From positions 1-49,339 of the forward strand of contig CAZBWI010000041.1 in NCBI GenBank assembly GCA_964495825.1: a DNA stretch of 49,339 nucleotides. The letters run 5' to 3'. Below, one piece after another: positions 1 to 11,825 of the stretch. The first letter of the stretch is position 1; each line of letters opens with the position of its first letter. A program made the position numbers and the translations under genes. The notes beneath the pieces are model-generated. The model saw only the letters and a list, made by a program, of their open reading frames with translations, had not been told where the DNA came from and searched no databases. Source of the stretch: an uncultured Candidatus Peribacteria bacterium (GTDB lineage Bacteria > Patescibacteriota > Gracilibacteria > Absconditabacterales > Absconditicoccaceae).

Positions 1-74
1 TAGGTATATTGGTGATGCTTCTTGCTATTGTAGGTATTATCAAGAGATTCCGATTTTTTACCTATAATGGATAG
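1..74 (+). CDS. C-terminal end of an upstream CDS (hydrophobic tail, partial at window edge)
   Basis: The frame from base 3 stays open to TAG 72-74 (..GILVMLLAIVGIIKRF-CGA-FFTYNG). Only 23 codons are visible, so no family call is possible. Confidence 0.3.
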   Translation, partial: GILVMLLAIVGIIKRFRFFTYNG

Positions 75-77
75 CGA

Positions 78-1319
78 TTATTCATATAAAATTTCCCGGC
101 CTTCAAGTTTCTTGTTAGTCAGGATATAGACGGCACCGCTGTTGCAGTGAGCTTTTTTTATTTGTTTTCATTTCGCATCTATGATATCGACAATCTTCAG
201 TTCCCCCATCTCCGTAGGGCTTAGATATTTGATTTTCATTCCTGGAGTAATGACTTCCTTCGGCTCGATATGGAAATATTTTTTCTTATCTTTCGTGATG
301 AATTCATCGGAGAACATGCCGAAGTAATTGCGATTGAAAAGAGGTCAGGCAGAATCCAATGTCGTCGAGCTGATTGCTTTCTCTCCTTCAGGATATTCAT
401 TCAATGGATGAAAAAGGAAGCCGTCTCGGTATTCTCTATGTGGTACGACATTTACCAGATTCGCTATTTTTGGATCGATTTTCTTTTTCGCCAAGATTGC
501 ATCACGGACATGTTTGTATGCTTTCACTATCGCTCAGACATAAAATTCCGATTTACTCCTTCCTTCGATCTTGATAGCGTCGACATAAGGCAATATCTCT
601 TGTAATTTATCTATCGTGCACAGATCTTTGGACGATAAGATATGACTTCATTGTTCGTCTCCTTCGAGCTGAAATAATTTTCCTGGTCTGCGTTCTTCTT
701 CAAGTCGTACCTTGTATTTGAACCTGCAGGCGTGCGAACATTCGCCCTTATTTCCTGGTCTTCCGCTCATATAATCGCCCAATAAACAGCGTCATGAATA
801 ACTCATGCACATAGCGCCATGGACAAAAACTTCTATCTCTATTCCTGGCACTTTTTCTCTGATTTCTTTGATTTCATCGATATGCAATTCTCTCGCAAAA
901 ACGATTCTTTTTACGCCCATATCTTTCCGGAATTTTACTGCAGCTCGATTCATAGTAGAAGTTTGTGTGCTGAGATGGAGTGGGGTATCAGGCAGATATT
1001 TTCTGATGATATGAAAGGTTCACGGATCAGAAAAGATGATAGCATCAGCTCATACACCAGCTATTTGTTTTACGGTCTGTTCGAATATTTTTATATCTTG
1101 GTTTCTTGGAAAAATATTCATCGTGAGCAATGCTTTGCTTCCATTTTTATGTAGATCATCAATGGTTTTTTTGAGCATATCGAAATTATAGATTTTGTTC
1201 TGTCTCATCCTCAATGATGTAAATGGGACGCCGACATAGACTTCTTCAGCTCCGTAGTAGCTTGCAACCATAGCTTTTTCATAAGATCACCCGGGTGCAA
1301 CTATTATTGGTTTTTTCAT
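78..1319 (-). CDS. peptidase U32 family protein (RlhA/TrhP-like)
   Basis: The 413-aa frame is continuous only if in-frame TGAs are sense. It joins track ORFs 345..527 and 1050..1271. Motifs G-ADAIIFSDP-G and HGAMCMSYSGRCLLGDYMSGRPGNKGECSHACR are typical of U32 proteins. ATG at 1317-1319, TAA at 78-80. Confidence 0.85.
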
Positions 1320-1324
1320 TGTTG

Positions 1325-1460
1325 TTGTAAAATTACTAATAAACATATCCTCTTTATTTCAAAGAAGGAGGTATCCTTTAGGATGGGAGATTTTACAAAA
1401 GTAACAAAATCCTCCGCTCTTCGGGCACCTCCTTTCCTGAAAGGAGGAACATAATAAAAT
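1325..1460. promoter_or_regulatory. structured leader or small RNA candidate upstream of the U32 gene
   Basis: Perfect 8-bp hairpin cctccttt/aaaggagg (1428-1447). Segment 1427-1435 can alternatively pair with aaggaggt at 1365-1372. Palindrome atcctttaggat at 1373-1384. ggagatttt (1386-1394) pairs with aaaatcctcc (1406-1415). Confidence 0.3.
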
Positions 1461-1504
1461 AAGTATATAGTAGTCAATCAGAATTTCAATTTATATTTTT
1501 AATC

Positions 1505-1540
1505 AAAAAGACTGACACATGAATTCATAAGTCAGTCTTA
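1505..1540 (-). terminator. rho-independent terminator after the 1538..1828 gene
   Basis: Inverted repeat agactgac(1510-1517)/gtcagtct(1531-1538), followed on the minus strand by a T-run. Confidence 0.6.
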
Positions 1541-1828
1541 TTTTTTACGTAATTTCCTCTCAATGAGGTCGACTAATATAAAAGCCCATTTGATGATAGC
1601 TTTGATATTTGTCTTAAGGTAATCCAGAATCAAGCTTCCAAAGATAAATCCTATCACCGATATCCAAAGTATCATATTGCCTATGGAACTGAATTGTACC
1701 CCCAAGGATACTGCTATCACAAAGCAGATGAAAAGGATTATTCCTGTGAGGAGATAAGGAAGTGTCTGTGTTTCAAAAAACTCGCGTCTCTGGATTCTTT
1801 TCCGTTTGCGTTTGCTTTTGTTGTACAT
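1538..1828 (-). CDS. small membrane protein (96 aa)
   Basis: Track ORF with a true TAA stop. Basic N-terminus followed by two hydrophobic helices. Confidence 0.6.
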   Translation of the reverse strand: MYNKSKRKRKRIQRREFFETQTLPYLLTGIILFICFVIAVSLGVQFSSIGNMILWISVIGFIFGSLILDYLKTNIKAIIKWAFILVDLIERKLRKK

Positions 1829-1884
1829 GTATGTAGTGTTTTGTTTTTTCTAGAATAGATATTTTTCTTACCAAGGCAATATAA

Positions 1885-2841
1885 CTATTCTAATTCTTCA
1901 ACTTCTTTTATGACTTTTTTGATACGATAGACCTTCAATGCATAAAGCATCTTAAAGAGTAGCATAGCTATACCTGTCATAATCCAGAATTCGATTCTGA
2001 TGAATCCATAAAAAAGCAAAAACATCAGGACGATTACAGAAGCTTTGAATCCTGGCTGTTCATAGATTGTTACAATCTCTCTAAGGACATAATCGCAAAT
2101 ACCCATATTTACACTTGTATTATCCTTGATCGCTTGATCAATCCATGATTTTTTATATTCGTTCAAGGTATCCAAAAACGTGGTATGGTTCGTTTCGTTT
2201 TGGATATTGATTGCTTTGAGGTCTATAATTTTGGAATTCAAGAAAAGCTCTATATTGGTTTTCATTGTTTTGGCTTCCTCAAGACCAAACTTAAACGGTT
2301 TAGCTACAAAATCAATGACACTATTTGAAGCAGCACTGAGCCCTTGGCAGGTAAAAGGAAATTTTTCATAATATCCGATGACGAAGAGACTATATGCTAT
2401 AGTGATGAAGACCGTAAACATATATCCTCATGTTGTAAAATAACTCGTAGAATCCCAGCTTGTTTTTTCGTTTGATGATCCTTGAAGCAACCGAGCGAGA
2501 TATACAATTCCTATATTGATAAAAAACATTGATGCGACGAGAATAAGATGCGAATATCCTATCAAAAATCACTGGATGAGAGTTATCATAAACATGATGA
2601 TTACCAAATAGGTGATCGGCAATTTACGTATTTCTAGATAAAAGAAATGAAAGAAAAGAAAAAAGATCAGAACATAAATCATGGATTCTAAGGCGAAAAA
2701 TTGTCCAAAGAGTCTAACAAAAATGAGTCCATAAGCGATGAGTGTTAGTCAGAGAAAGATTCGTGCTTTTGGTGAACGGAATGTTTTTTTTGCTGTTTGG
2801 ATGGGGTCTACTTTTTGCAGGGATATTTGCTTTTGGGGCAT
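1885..2841 (-). CDS. polytopic membrane protein, unknown function (318 aa)
   Basis: Track ORF 1885..2421 extends upstream through three in-frame TGAs to ATG 2839-2841. That ATG directly abuts the TAG of the prepilin peptidase gene. Several hydrophobic segments; no TAA/TAG in frame (checked triplet by triplet). Confidence 0.75.
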
Positions 2842-3729
2842 CTATCAAAAAATTATGGTGATAAAATAGGGAAGTTTCCATGCGAGTATCCGAAATGCTA
2901 TGATCATAGCGGGAAAGAAAGGAATAACTTTACATTGAGAATGAAGAATTGAGGATTGAGAATATTCCTTTCGTTTTCAATTTTCAATGTGCAATTTGCA
3001 ATTCAGTAGGTAGTGTAGTACTGTTCGAATCAAGCCAATAATACTACTCATCAGGATAAATAATATCAAGATATTTATCATCGTCATTCGTGAAAATGAT
3101 AGCTTGTGGAGCGAAAGTATGATAGGCATCAGTATTCAGATGCTCACCGCTAGATAGATATCGCCTTCACCAAATCCTTCCGGTTGATTGAATCTCATGT
3201 TCGCATATCGTTTACCGAAAAAATAGATGCAGGTGAAAAATCATCCAAAGAGTAATGTAGTCAAAAATGCATATCGAAGATTTCCTACTGGCAAAAAGAT
3301 GTTCGCTAGGATTCCTACAGTTGCCAAAAGTAGCCATCCTACGATATGGAGCTCATATTCTTTCATATCGTAGACCAAGAGGAGAACAAGGAGTTGATTC
3401 GTCAAGAGTCAAAAAATCAATATCGGAGTTCAGAAATCTTTTAATAAGAAATAGGTCAGGAGAAATATTCCGGCAGATATCAATTCCAAGACAGGATAGA
3501 TCCGAGAGATTTTTTTCTTACAATATACACACTTCCCTCATTGGACGAGATAGCTTATGATAGGGATCAGGTTCTTTGCTTTTAATGCATGATGGCAATG
3601 CGGACATTCTGAGCGACCGAAAAAAAATCCGCGAAGCTTTTCCTTCGTTACGCCGTCGGCAAACCTTGTCATGATTACAGAACCAAGTGAGCCGAAGATA
3701 AGTCAGAGGATGAATATCAGTATTCACAT
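2842..3729 (-). CDS. pilD: type IV prepilin peptidase (A24 family, PilD-like)
   Basis: 295 aa after TGA read-through. Carries the CxxC..CxxC knuckle ECPHCHHALKAKNLIPIISYLVQ-G-GKCVYCKK, plus FGEGDIYLAVS and IPFFPAM motifs. Frame scanned: no TAA/TAG between 2845 and 3729. Confidence 0.8.
2933..3006. repeat. short-word imperfect palindromic element embedded in frame in pilD
   Basis: Left arm has tandem words attgaga(a/g), right arm has ttt(t)caat/tgcaat. The arms pair with several G-T pairs on the + strand. It encodes the extra loop ..CKLHIENGKRKEYSQSSILHSQCK.. just before the conserved IPFFP. Confidence 0.55.
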
Positions 3730-3839
3730 ATATCTACTATATCATTACGTTACAAAAAAATCAAGTGGAAGCGTTGACCTTGAATTTTTCGAGTAAGTGG
3801 ATATAGGTACAATACTTCATTTTATTGTTATGTTACACG

Positions 3840-6488
3840 ATGGCGAACGCATATCAACACCAAGAAGTAGAAGCAAAACGAGAAAAATTTCGAGAAGAGC
3901 ATAAGTGCTTTGCTGCTACCATGGATCCTCAAAAACCAAATTATAGCATTGTAATTCCTCCTCCAAATGTAACAGGCGTATTGCATATGGGACATGTCCT
4001 GAATAACAGTATTCAGGATGTTTTGATACGTCGAAAAAGAATGAGCGGATACAATACTTTATGGATGCCGGGAACGGATCATGCAGGTATTGCAACTCAA
4101 AATAAAGTTGAAAGAAAACTTGCTGAAGAAGGCAAAACCAAAGAAGATATTGGAAGAGAAGAATTTATCAAAAAAACCCGAGAACGAAAAGAAAAACATG
4201 GAAATATTATTACCGAACAACTCAGGAAACTTGGAGCATCATTGGATCGAGATAGAGAAAGATTTACGATGGACGAATGACTTTCTGCAGCAGTCAAGGA
4301 AATTTTTATCAAACTCTACCATGATCATTTGATCTATCAATGAGAATATATGGTCAATCGATGTCCAAGATGTGGAACTGCATTAGCTGATGATGAAGTA
4401 GATCATCAAGAGGAAGATGGATTTTTTTGGGAGATACAATATCCGATTGTTGGAACTAATGATTTCGTTATCTTGGCTACAACAAGACCAGAAACAATGT
4501 TGTGAGATACAGGAATAGCAGTCAATCCTCACGATAAGAGATATCAGCACTTAATAGGCCAAAAAGTGCTATTACCATTGATGAATAGAGAGATTCCTAT
4601 AGTTGCTGATGAATATGTCGATATGGAATTTGGAACAGGAGTAGTCAAGATGACTCCGGCTCACGATCCAAATGATTATGAAGTTGCCAAAAGAACAGGA
4701 CTCGAAGTGATCAATATCTTTACTCCAGATGGTAAGATCAATGAAAATGGAGGGAAATATGCTGGATTGGATAGATTTGAAGCAAGAAAAGTTATTATCG
4801 AAGATCTCAAAAAAGAAGGATTACTTGGTACTATAAAACACCATACCCATGCTGTAGGACATTGTTATAGATGTGCTACTATTATCGAACCAAGAATTTC
4901 CAGACAATGGTTTGTAAAAATGGCACCATTAGCCAAACCAGCATTGGAAGTAGTAAAAAGCGGGAAAATAACAATTCAGCCAAAGAGACGAGAAAAGGTA
5001 TATTATCATCGATTGGAAAATATCCGTGATCGATGTATCTCCAGACAGATTCGACGAGGGCATAGGATTCCTGCATGGTACGGACCAGACAATACGGTAT
5101 TTGTAGCACATGATGAAGCTGAAGCGCTATCTCAAGCAGAAGCTCATTATGGGAAAAAGGTATCTCTCACCCAAGAACAAGATGTATTGGATACACGATT
5201 TAGCTCTGCGTTGCGGCCATTTTCTACAATGGGACGACCAGAGCAAACAGATTTGCTCAAAAGATTTTATCCAACTAATGTCCTTGTCACCGGTGCAGAT
5301 ATTATCTTTTTCCGGGTAGCAAGGATGATTATGATGGGGATGTATGAGATGAAAGAGATACCGTTTCATGATGTGTTTCTTCATGGAATTGTAAGAGATG
5401 AACAAGGCAGGAAGATGTCCAAATCTCTTGGAAATTCTCCTGATCCATTGGATTTGATAAGAGACTATGGAGCTGATGCTATCAGATTTACCATGATCTA
5501 CAATACTTCTCAAGGACAAGATGTCCATTTTTCGACTAAGCTCCTTGAGATGGGAAGGAATTTTGCGAATAAAGTACGAAATGTAAGCAACTTCGTATGT
5601 ATGAACCTAGAAGGATTTGATCATACCAACATACACGAATCTGACTTAACCCTGGAATTGGTCGATACGTGGATCTATTCTAGACTCCATTCTACGATCC
5701 AAACCGTAAATGACAAGCTTGATAAATATATCCTCGATGAAGCAGCCAAAGCAGTGTATGAATTTATCAAATGAGATTTTTGTGACCGATATGTGGAAAT
5801 GGCCAAAGTAAGGTTGTATAACAACAATGATAATAGAACTAAAACAACAGCACAATATGTATTGCGAGATGTACTTGAACAATCATTGAGATTACTGCAT
5901 CCGTTTATGCCGTTTGTGACAGAAGAATGTCGGCAAAAACTCGGTACTGGCAAACCAACCATTATGTTGGAAGCATATCCAAGTTTGGACAAAAACAAGA
6001 TTGTTCCAGACATAGAATCAGCGATGCAATATATCCAGGACGTCACAACATCTATCAGAAATATCAGAGCAGAAGCAAATGTTTCGCCTGCAAAACAAGT
6101 CATAGCATTGATCAAGACAGCAGATCAAACAGAGAAAGCAATACTCCAGACAAATACATCATTTATCATGAAATTAGCAAAACTAGAAACGCTAGAATAT
6201 GGTGAAGATATCTCAAAACCTGAATTATCATGATTCCGTGTTGCTTGAAAATCAGAGATTTATATCCCGTTGGCAGGATTGCTTGATATCCAAGCTGAAT
6301 CCAAAAAGATCACCGATCAGATAGAAAAATTGGAACAGTGATTAGCGTCATGTAGAAAAAAATTAGCAGACGAGACCTTTATGTCCAAAGCACCTGCACA
6401 AGTAATCGAAAGAGAAAAACATAACGAAGCAAATTATCTCGACAAAATCCAAAAACTAAAAAAGAATCTGGAATTACTACAAAAGTAG
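3840..6488 (+). CDS. valS: valine--tRNA ligase
   Basis: 882 aa. Joins track ORFs 3825..4280, 4566..5774 and 5793..6233 through TGA codons at Gly positions. Motifs [34 protein letters not shown] stop at 6486-6488. The ATG at 3840 is preferred over the TTG at 3825. Confidence 0.97.
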
Positions 6489-6546
6489 TCACTACTGAAA
6501 AAGTATAGTGATTATATAAGATTGCTTGGTATCTCTCAATGATCAT

Positions 6547-7575
6547 ATGATTTTAGTTTACTCGTTGGATATGTACAACCTCTACCAATCTCATCTCCGA
6601 CAAGATATTCAGCACACCGTCTATCGTAAACCGAAGTTTACCGTAGAGCTTTTTGGCAAGAAATACACAGGAACTATCAAGACAAAAAACATCTGACCTT
6701 TCAATTTCAGTCGATATCAGATCATGGGAGTCGAGCTTCCCAATGATCAGGAATATGTACAACAAGAAGTAGCAAATCTAAAAAAAAAGTTCAGAGGGAA
6801 AGGGATTTTTTTTCAATTAGGCATTACGAACAAGATCGTTCATTTCGAAAATAGCATGAAGAGATGTGCCGAATTTGATCAAGATATGCATGATTTCAGA
6901 CTCTGATTACAAAAAACACTTCATCATCATTACGGCTTCAAACCTGCTTTCCGCGAGAATATGCCGACCGCTACCATCATCTACGATACGACAAAATCCG
7001 ACGAAGAATTTTTGCAGGATATGAATGAAAGTTGCCGCAAACGTGTCAAAAAAGCTATCGCTGGAGGTTTGGAATTTAGGATTGTTGATAAGCATTTCTA
7101 TCCGGAGTTTTTCGAAAAGCGACAATTGACCGCAGGCACAAAAGGATTTAATACTATCTCAAAATTTCAGTACGATGAATTGTTGAAATACTTAGAAAAA
7201 GGTCATGGCATGTTGATTTGAGCGTATCTAGAGGATAGAATGATCGCAGGTACGATCTGCTTGTTTGCTGATAAGATGATCTATTGCCCTTACGGCTTTT
7301 TTGATAGGAATGTTAATAAGATAGGAGTCCAACATTTCTTGAAATATAAACTCTTTTTACGAGCACGTGAACATGGATATAGAGCAGTGGATACAGGTGG
7401 AGGAGCACCGACAGGATTTCCCAACCATCCACTTGCGAGTGTGAGCGCATTCAAAGAATCATTGGGATGAACCAAGACCGAATTGTTTGGTAGTTATGAT
7501 ATCGTGCTCAATAGATTTTTGTATAGCATAATAGTTATGCGATATAGACTAAAATCAATGATCAAAAAATGATAA
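6547..7575 (+). CDS. FemAB-family peptidoglycan bridge-forming aminoacyltransferase
   Basis: 342 aa. Joins track ORFs 6724..6906, 6961..7221 and 7240..7470 in one frame. Contains DTGGGAPTGFPNHPLASVSAFKESLG-G. TAA at 7573-7575. Confidence 0.8.
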
Positions 7576-7760
7576 AAGTTGTTGTAGGAGGGATGATATT
7601 ATTGTAACCATTTATATTGTAATCATATAAAAATGTCTCGGGGCGCTTACGACCTAAGGAAATGATGCAAAAATGGATATTTTTGTGACATACTGAATAG
7701 AGTAAAAGTCCGAATAAGAGGACATCGAAACGGTGTGAGGAATATTTTGAGTAATACGGC

Positions 7761-7786
7761 AAAAAATAGGTTTGTGCCTATTTTTT
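7761..7786. terminator. bidirectional-looking hairpin (A-run/stem/T-run)
   Basis: aaaaaatagg (7761-7770) pairs with cctatttttt (7777-7786), with loop tttgtg. Confidence 0.4.
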
Positions 7787-8045
7787 GTGTTGAGATAAAA
7801 AGAATAATGTACAAGCGAGATATAAAAATTGAAGATAGTGTAGTAATATATGAACTATTATCCTATGTTTTGGGGCAATAGAAAAAATATATCAAAAGAT
7901 GAGACTATGTAGTAGATAAATGCTATGATATTCGTCATTTTTCTTTATTTTGTCAATGCAAAATAGCGATAGCAAGTCTCTATTTTGGTATTTCAAGCCG
8001 TTCGTGGATATAATCAGAATGTGAGATTTTACTTACAATACGTTG

Positions 8046-9482
8046 ATGGAAGAGAAAAAAGCTTACCAAAACTCACAAGAAATTAATCCAAATCAAGGAG
8101 GTTCGCCAGAACCACTCTTGTGATGATGGGAAAATCTGAAGCTTAGTCAATTAGAACCTACCGCTCCTACAGAGAGCGTGATTTCCAAATTAAACGCTGA
8201 AGAATCAAAAATCATCACGCCAGAAGACGTGAAAATAGAAAATATCCATATCCAAGCAGAACCCACAGAAGAGACCAAAACACCCATAAAACTCGGTGAA
8301 AGCGGAATCTTCACTGGTGAACGAAAAAGAAAATATCACAATCAATACCGGAGATTGTTTTTGATATCATTTTTTGTTATCCTCATAAGCGGACTTGCAT
8401 CTGTTGTATTGCGCTTATATAGCCGTTATCTCTATTTCGCAGCACAACCAATTCCTGATCAAAATTACCAAAAAACGATTGATTTGTACAAACAATCAAA
8501 AAGTTTTATAGAAAAAAACTTACATATATCTACCTACCAAAAATATGCTTGATTGTCACGAGAAGGCACAGGCGGAGAGACAAATGTTGCTACTATTCTC
8601 GCTGACAAAAATCTCAGTTTTATCCAAAAAAAAGATATATTGCAACAAGTGCTCAATGGATTTTCTCAGACATTGATAGCAAATACTGAAAAACTTAGTT
8701 CGCTCAAAGAAGGCGTTTCCAAATACGGATTTTTTTCTGAGGAACTCTATAATCTCCTAGAAAATCAAGAATATTCGACATCGATCAAAAAATACCTGCT
8801 TTCACTCGAGGTCATCAAATTTAGTAGTGCAATCAAGGTGTTTAGCTATCTAGACACGTTCATTTCCAGTTTAGCAAATGCGATCAAAGCACCGATATCT
8901 ACAGTCCAAGAAAAGATGCAGCGATTTGCTGAGAGAGGAGAAAAGGATATTCTCGTCTACTTAAATAACTGCTATCTCAATCCGTATGAAATCGATTATG
9001 ATTGCAATATGGTAGGCGATTTTGATAGATATTATGATCTAGTGGACAAGGAAACACCGAGACCAGATACCAATTTTTTTAAGAAGATGATCTATTATGT
9101 AGATAACAAACTAGAGCAGACCGATATTCCGAGTTTTTCCATTACGTTCAAAAAATATAATCCGACCCAGAAACAGATCAGCTTCACTGTCGACGTCAAT
9201 ACCTTCAAACAAGACGAAATCGCATTGATCAAAAAAGGGATTATCAATCCTCATATCTTCATTCTCAGTAATTTATTGAATCTGATCAAACAGAGTATAT
9301 TCGTCGTATCGGAAACCATTGATGCCAAATCGATCAAGATTGTTCCCAAAGTGCTCAAGATCGGAACATCAGTCTTCACCGTCAACAATTCAACTATCGA
9401 TTTCGTATTGCCGATTCAGAAATGATCAGAGAGAGAAATTAGCGATTATATAGATCCGATTTTTACTTCTTCTGAACAATAA
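8046..9482 (+). CDS. single-pass membrane protein, unknown function (478 aa)
   Basis: Track ORFs 8178..8552 and 8553..9425 are in one frame, joined by TGA. The frame stays open upstream to ATG 8046 through a TGA-TGA pair. One TM (LFLISFFVILISGLASVVL). TAA at 9480-9482. Confidence 0.7.
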
Positions 9483-9485
9483 GAA

Positions 9486-10985
9486 ATGGCAGAGCAGACG
9501 CAACAAAAAAAGGTAGTAAATATAGATCTGCAGAAGATGAAGTCTTTTCTCGATGTGTTAAAAAAATATGGTGAAGGAGTATATAATTTTTTTAGAGATA
9601 ATAAGAACAATAGTAAGATAATGCTCTTGATAGCCATCATCACCTTTGGTATCGCTGTTTATTTTGCGATCCAGCTCTACAACGATATTACCTATCTCAA
9701 GAGTAGAACACCTGAGCTAGCACATCTCAAAAGCTACGATACTCGTCAACTTCAGGCGAATGCTTTGACACAGCCACTTCTCAAAACATCTGATACTATC
9801 AATGATCTCATAGAGGAGAATATGCTGACAGAAGGAGAAATACGTAAATATTCAGACTATCTTTCTTCGCTCCAAGTGCCATATACATATTTGCTCCAAT
9901 ACATATATTTACCTTCACTCAATATTTGGAAAGAAAAATATACCAACAAGATAGATATCAATCTCATAGGGATAAAATTTCTAGAGCAAAATCCATTTAA
10001 TGATATTACTTTATTACAAAAACGAGGAGATTTTTTCAAAGACTTATGAGACAACAACGAATCAAATGATGTCCAGGATATGAAGATAGGCGATATTGTT
10101 GAGGATAGTTCATGATATTTTAGTATGCCGATCACAGTATCGTTTCAAGCAAATTCTAAACGTGCTTTCCTCTTGCTATCAGACAAATTGTCGATGACCT
10201 CCAATAAGGAGAATATTTCGTTGATCAATGAATTTTTCTATTATCTACGAAACGAAATCAGAAAAGGGAAAGATAAGGAGATCAAAGCATTGGCAAATGA
10301 GTATGCAAATATATTTTGAACAGGGAAAACTATAGATGATAATATATTGATTGGCTACCATCTCTACAATCGAATATTCAAAGGTGGCAAAAATACACTT
10401 ATCGACAACAAGATCATCGACAAAACAATCAAGAGTATTATTTCTTGTAACAATGACGCTGATGAAGTCTGTTATTACAAATTCAGAGAAAGATATAGAA
10501 ATATTCCAAGTTTTTGATATTTGTTAGGAACAGATTTTGGTACGAATGGTGCAGAAAATCTCAAAAGATTTATCCAAAAGCTTCCACCGATATTTTCTAT
10601 CAAAGAATTTACTTTTGATAAAATAAAAGCACCAACATTTTCTGATGCAAACAATAGTATCTATCAAGGGAAAGTTACTATTATTGTCTACGGAAGGAGT
10701 GCTAGCTCTGAAGAAGTCAATGAGATCGCCAAAGAGCTTGGTAAAAAATGTCTCTGAGAAACAAAACCGCTCACGACAAAAGAATGATTATGACTTATCC
10801 AATCTGCAATTGTCAAATTATCTGAAATAAGCACTATCGACAAGAGCTATGGAGACAATCTCTGGGAATTGAAATGAATCATAGAACAATTGGATAAAGA
10901 CTATGATTCCTTTAGTAACTACAAAAAAACTATAAAGCTTTTTGAACTATATAGGATGCTTTCTGATTCGTGATTATGTAAATAA
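9486..10985 (+). CDS. single-pass membrane protein, unknown function (499 aa)
   Basis: Track ORFs 9486..10049, 10125..10319 and 10521..10757 share one frame. The gaps were scanned and contain only TGA. One TM (IMLLIAIITFGIAVYFAIQL). TAA at 10983-10985. Confidence 0.75.
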
Positions 10986-10995
10986 CCAATAAAAT

Positions 10996-11040
10996 CAAAT
11001 TTCCCCCTTTCCCCATTTATCCTTCCTCCTTCACTCTTCG
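10996..11040. repeat. C/T-only low-complexity tract between convergent genes
   Basis: tttccccctttccccatttatccttcctccttcactcttcg. Shares TTTATCCTTC with the tract at 15661-15725. Confidence 0.5.
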
Positions 11041-11041
11041 T

Positions 11042-11794
11042 TTAGTTCCCAAGGTTGTGCCGGACACGATCTACATCTTCATCTTCTTCTAGTGCATCTA
11101 ATAACTTATAGAGTTTCTCAGTATTTTCTTCATCTAATTTTACAGTATTTTCAGGGATAAATTGGATATCAGCCTCTGTCATATGATAGTGATATTTTGT
11201 TAATTCGTCTTGGACTGTAGCGAAATCCTTCTTGTCCGTATAAATGACTATGGTAGTTTCCTCGATCTCGATATCGCTGATAGGAAGCTCCATTGCGCGT
11301 TCTTCAAGTTCTTCTTTGTTGAGAGGATGAATTTTTTCTACACTTTTTCCTTTTTCTTGTATAGTTTCGGAAATTCAATCTATAACAAAAACGCCTTGTT
11401 CTTTGAATTGCCATGCTACGGAGCCGATAGCACCCATAGTTCCTCCATGTTTTTGCATGATATTTTTTATGTTCGTAGCGCTCCTATTGGTGTTTGATGT
11501 CAAAACCTTGATGAGCAATGCTACGCCTTCCGGTCAGTATCCTTCGTAAAATACTTCTTCGAGATTTTCTCATTCGAGTTGTCCTGATCATTTCAAGATA
11601 GCTTTTTCTACTACATCTTTTGGTAGGTTATATTGCTTCGCTTTGCTGAGTGCGAGTTCGAGTGCAGGATTCATTTTTGGGTCTGCTCACTTTTTGGCAG
11701 CAATTTGAATAAGTTTTCCTATTTTTGCATAATTTTGTGATTTTTTTGCATCTCCGCTAGCTTTTCTTGCTGCGATGCTATGTCGTCTTCCCAT
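11042..11794 (-). CDS. yebC: YebC/PmpR family DNA-binding regulator
   Basis: 250 aa. N-terminus MGR.HSIAARKASGDAKKSQNYAKIGKLIQIAAK; contains YEGY-G-PEGVALLIKVLTSNTNRSATNIKNIM. Extends track ORF 11042..11293 through six TGAs. Frame scanned. Confidence 0.88.
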
Positions 11795-11825
11795 TACTTT
11801 ATTGCTTATAAATTAAAATAAACCG

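Noticed and set aside
6553-6765. 70-aa minus-strand track ORF. Comparable track ORFs are 16331..16525 and 23340..23621.
   Set aside because: Each lies antisense to a plus-strand gene that has clear family motifs or membrane/signal features once TGA is read as Gly.
7620-7790. Possible RNase P RNA (AAAGUCC-like string) or tmRNA (GGGGCG.. start) in the femAB to 8046 spacer.
   Set aside because: Only a single short match. There is no ACAGAA..CGGCUUA-type P4 partner, no tRNA-like 3' end, and the region is too short before the hairpin at 7761-7786.
7633-7881. 82-codon ORF (code 25) in the same spacer.
   Set aside because: It runs straight through a terminator-like hairpin, has no motif and has odd Cys/Trp-rich composition. 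The support is insufficient to call a CDS.
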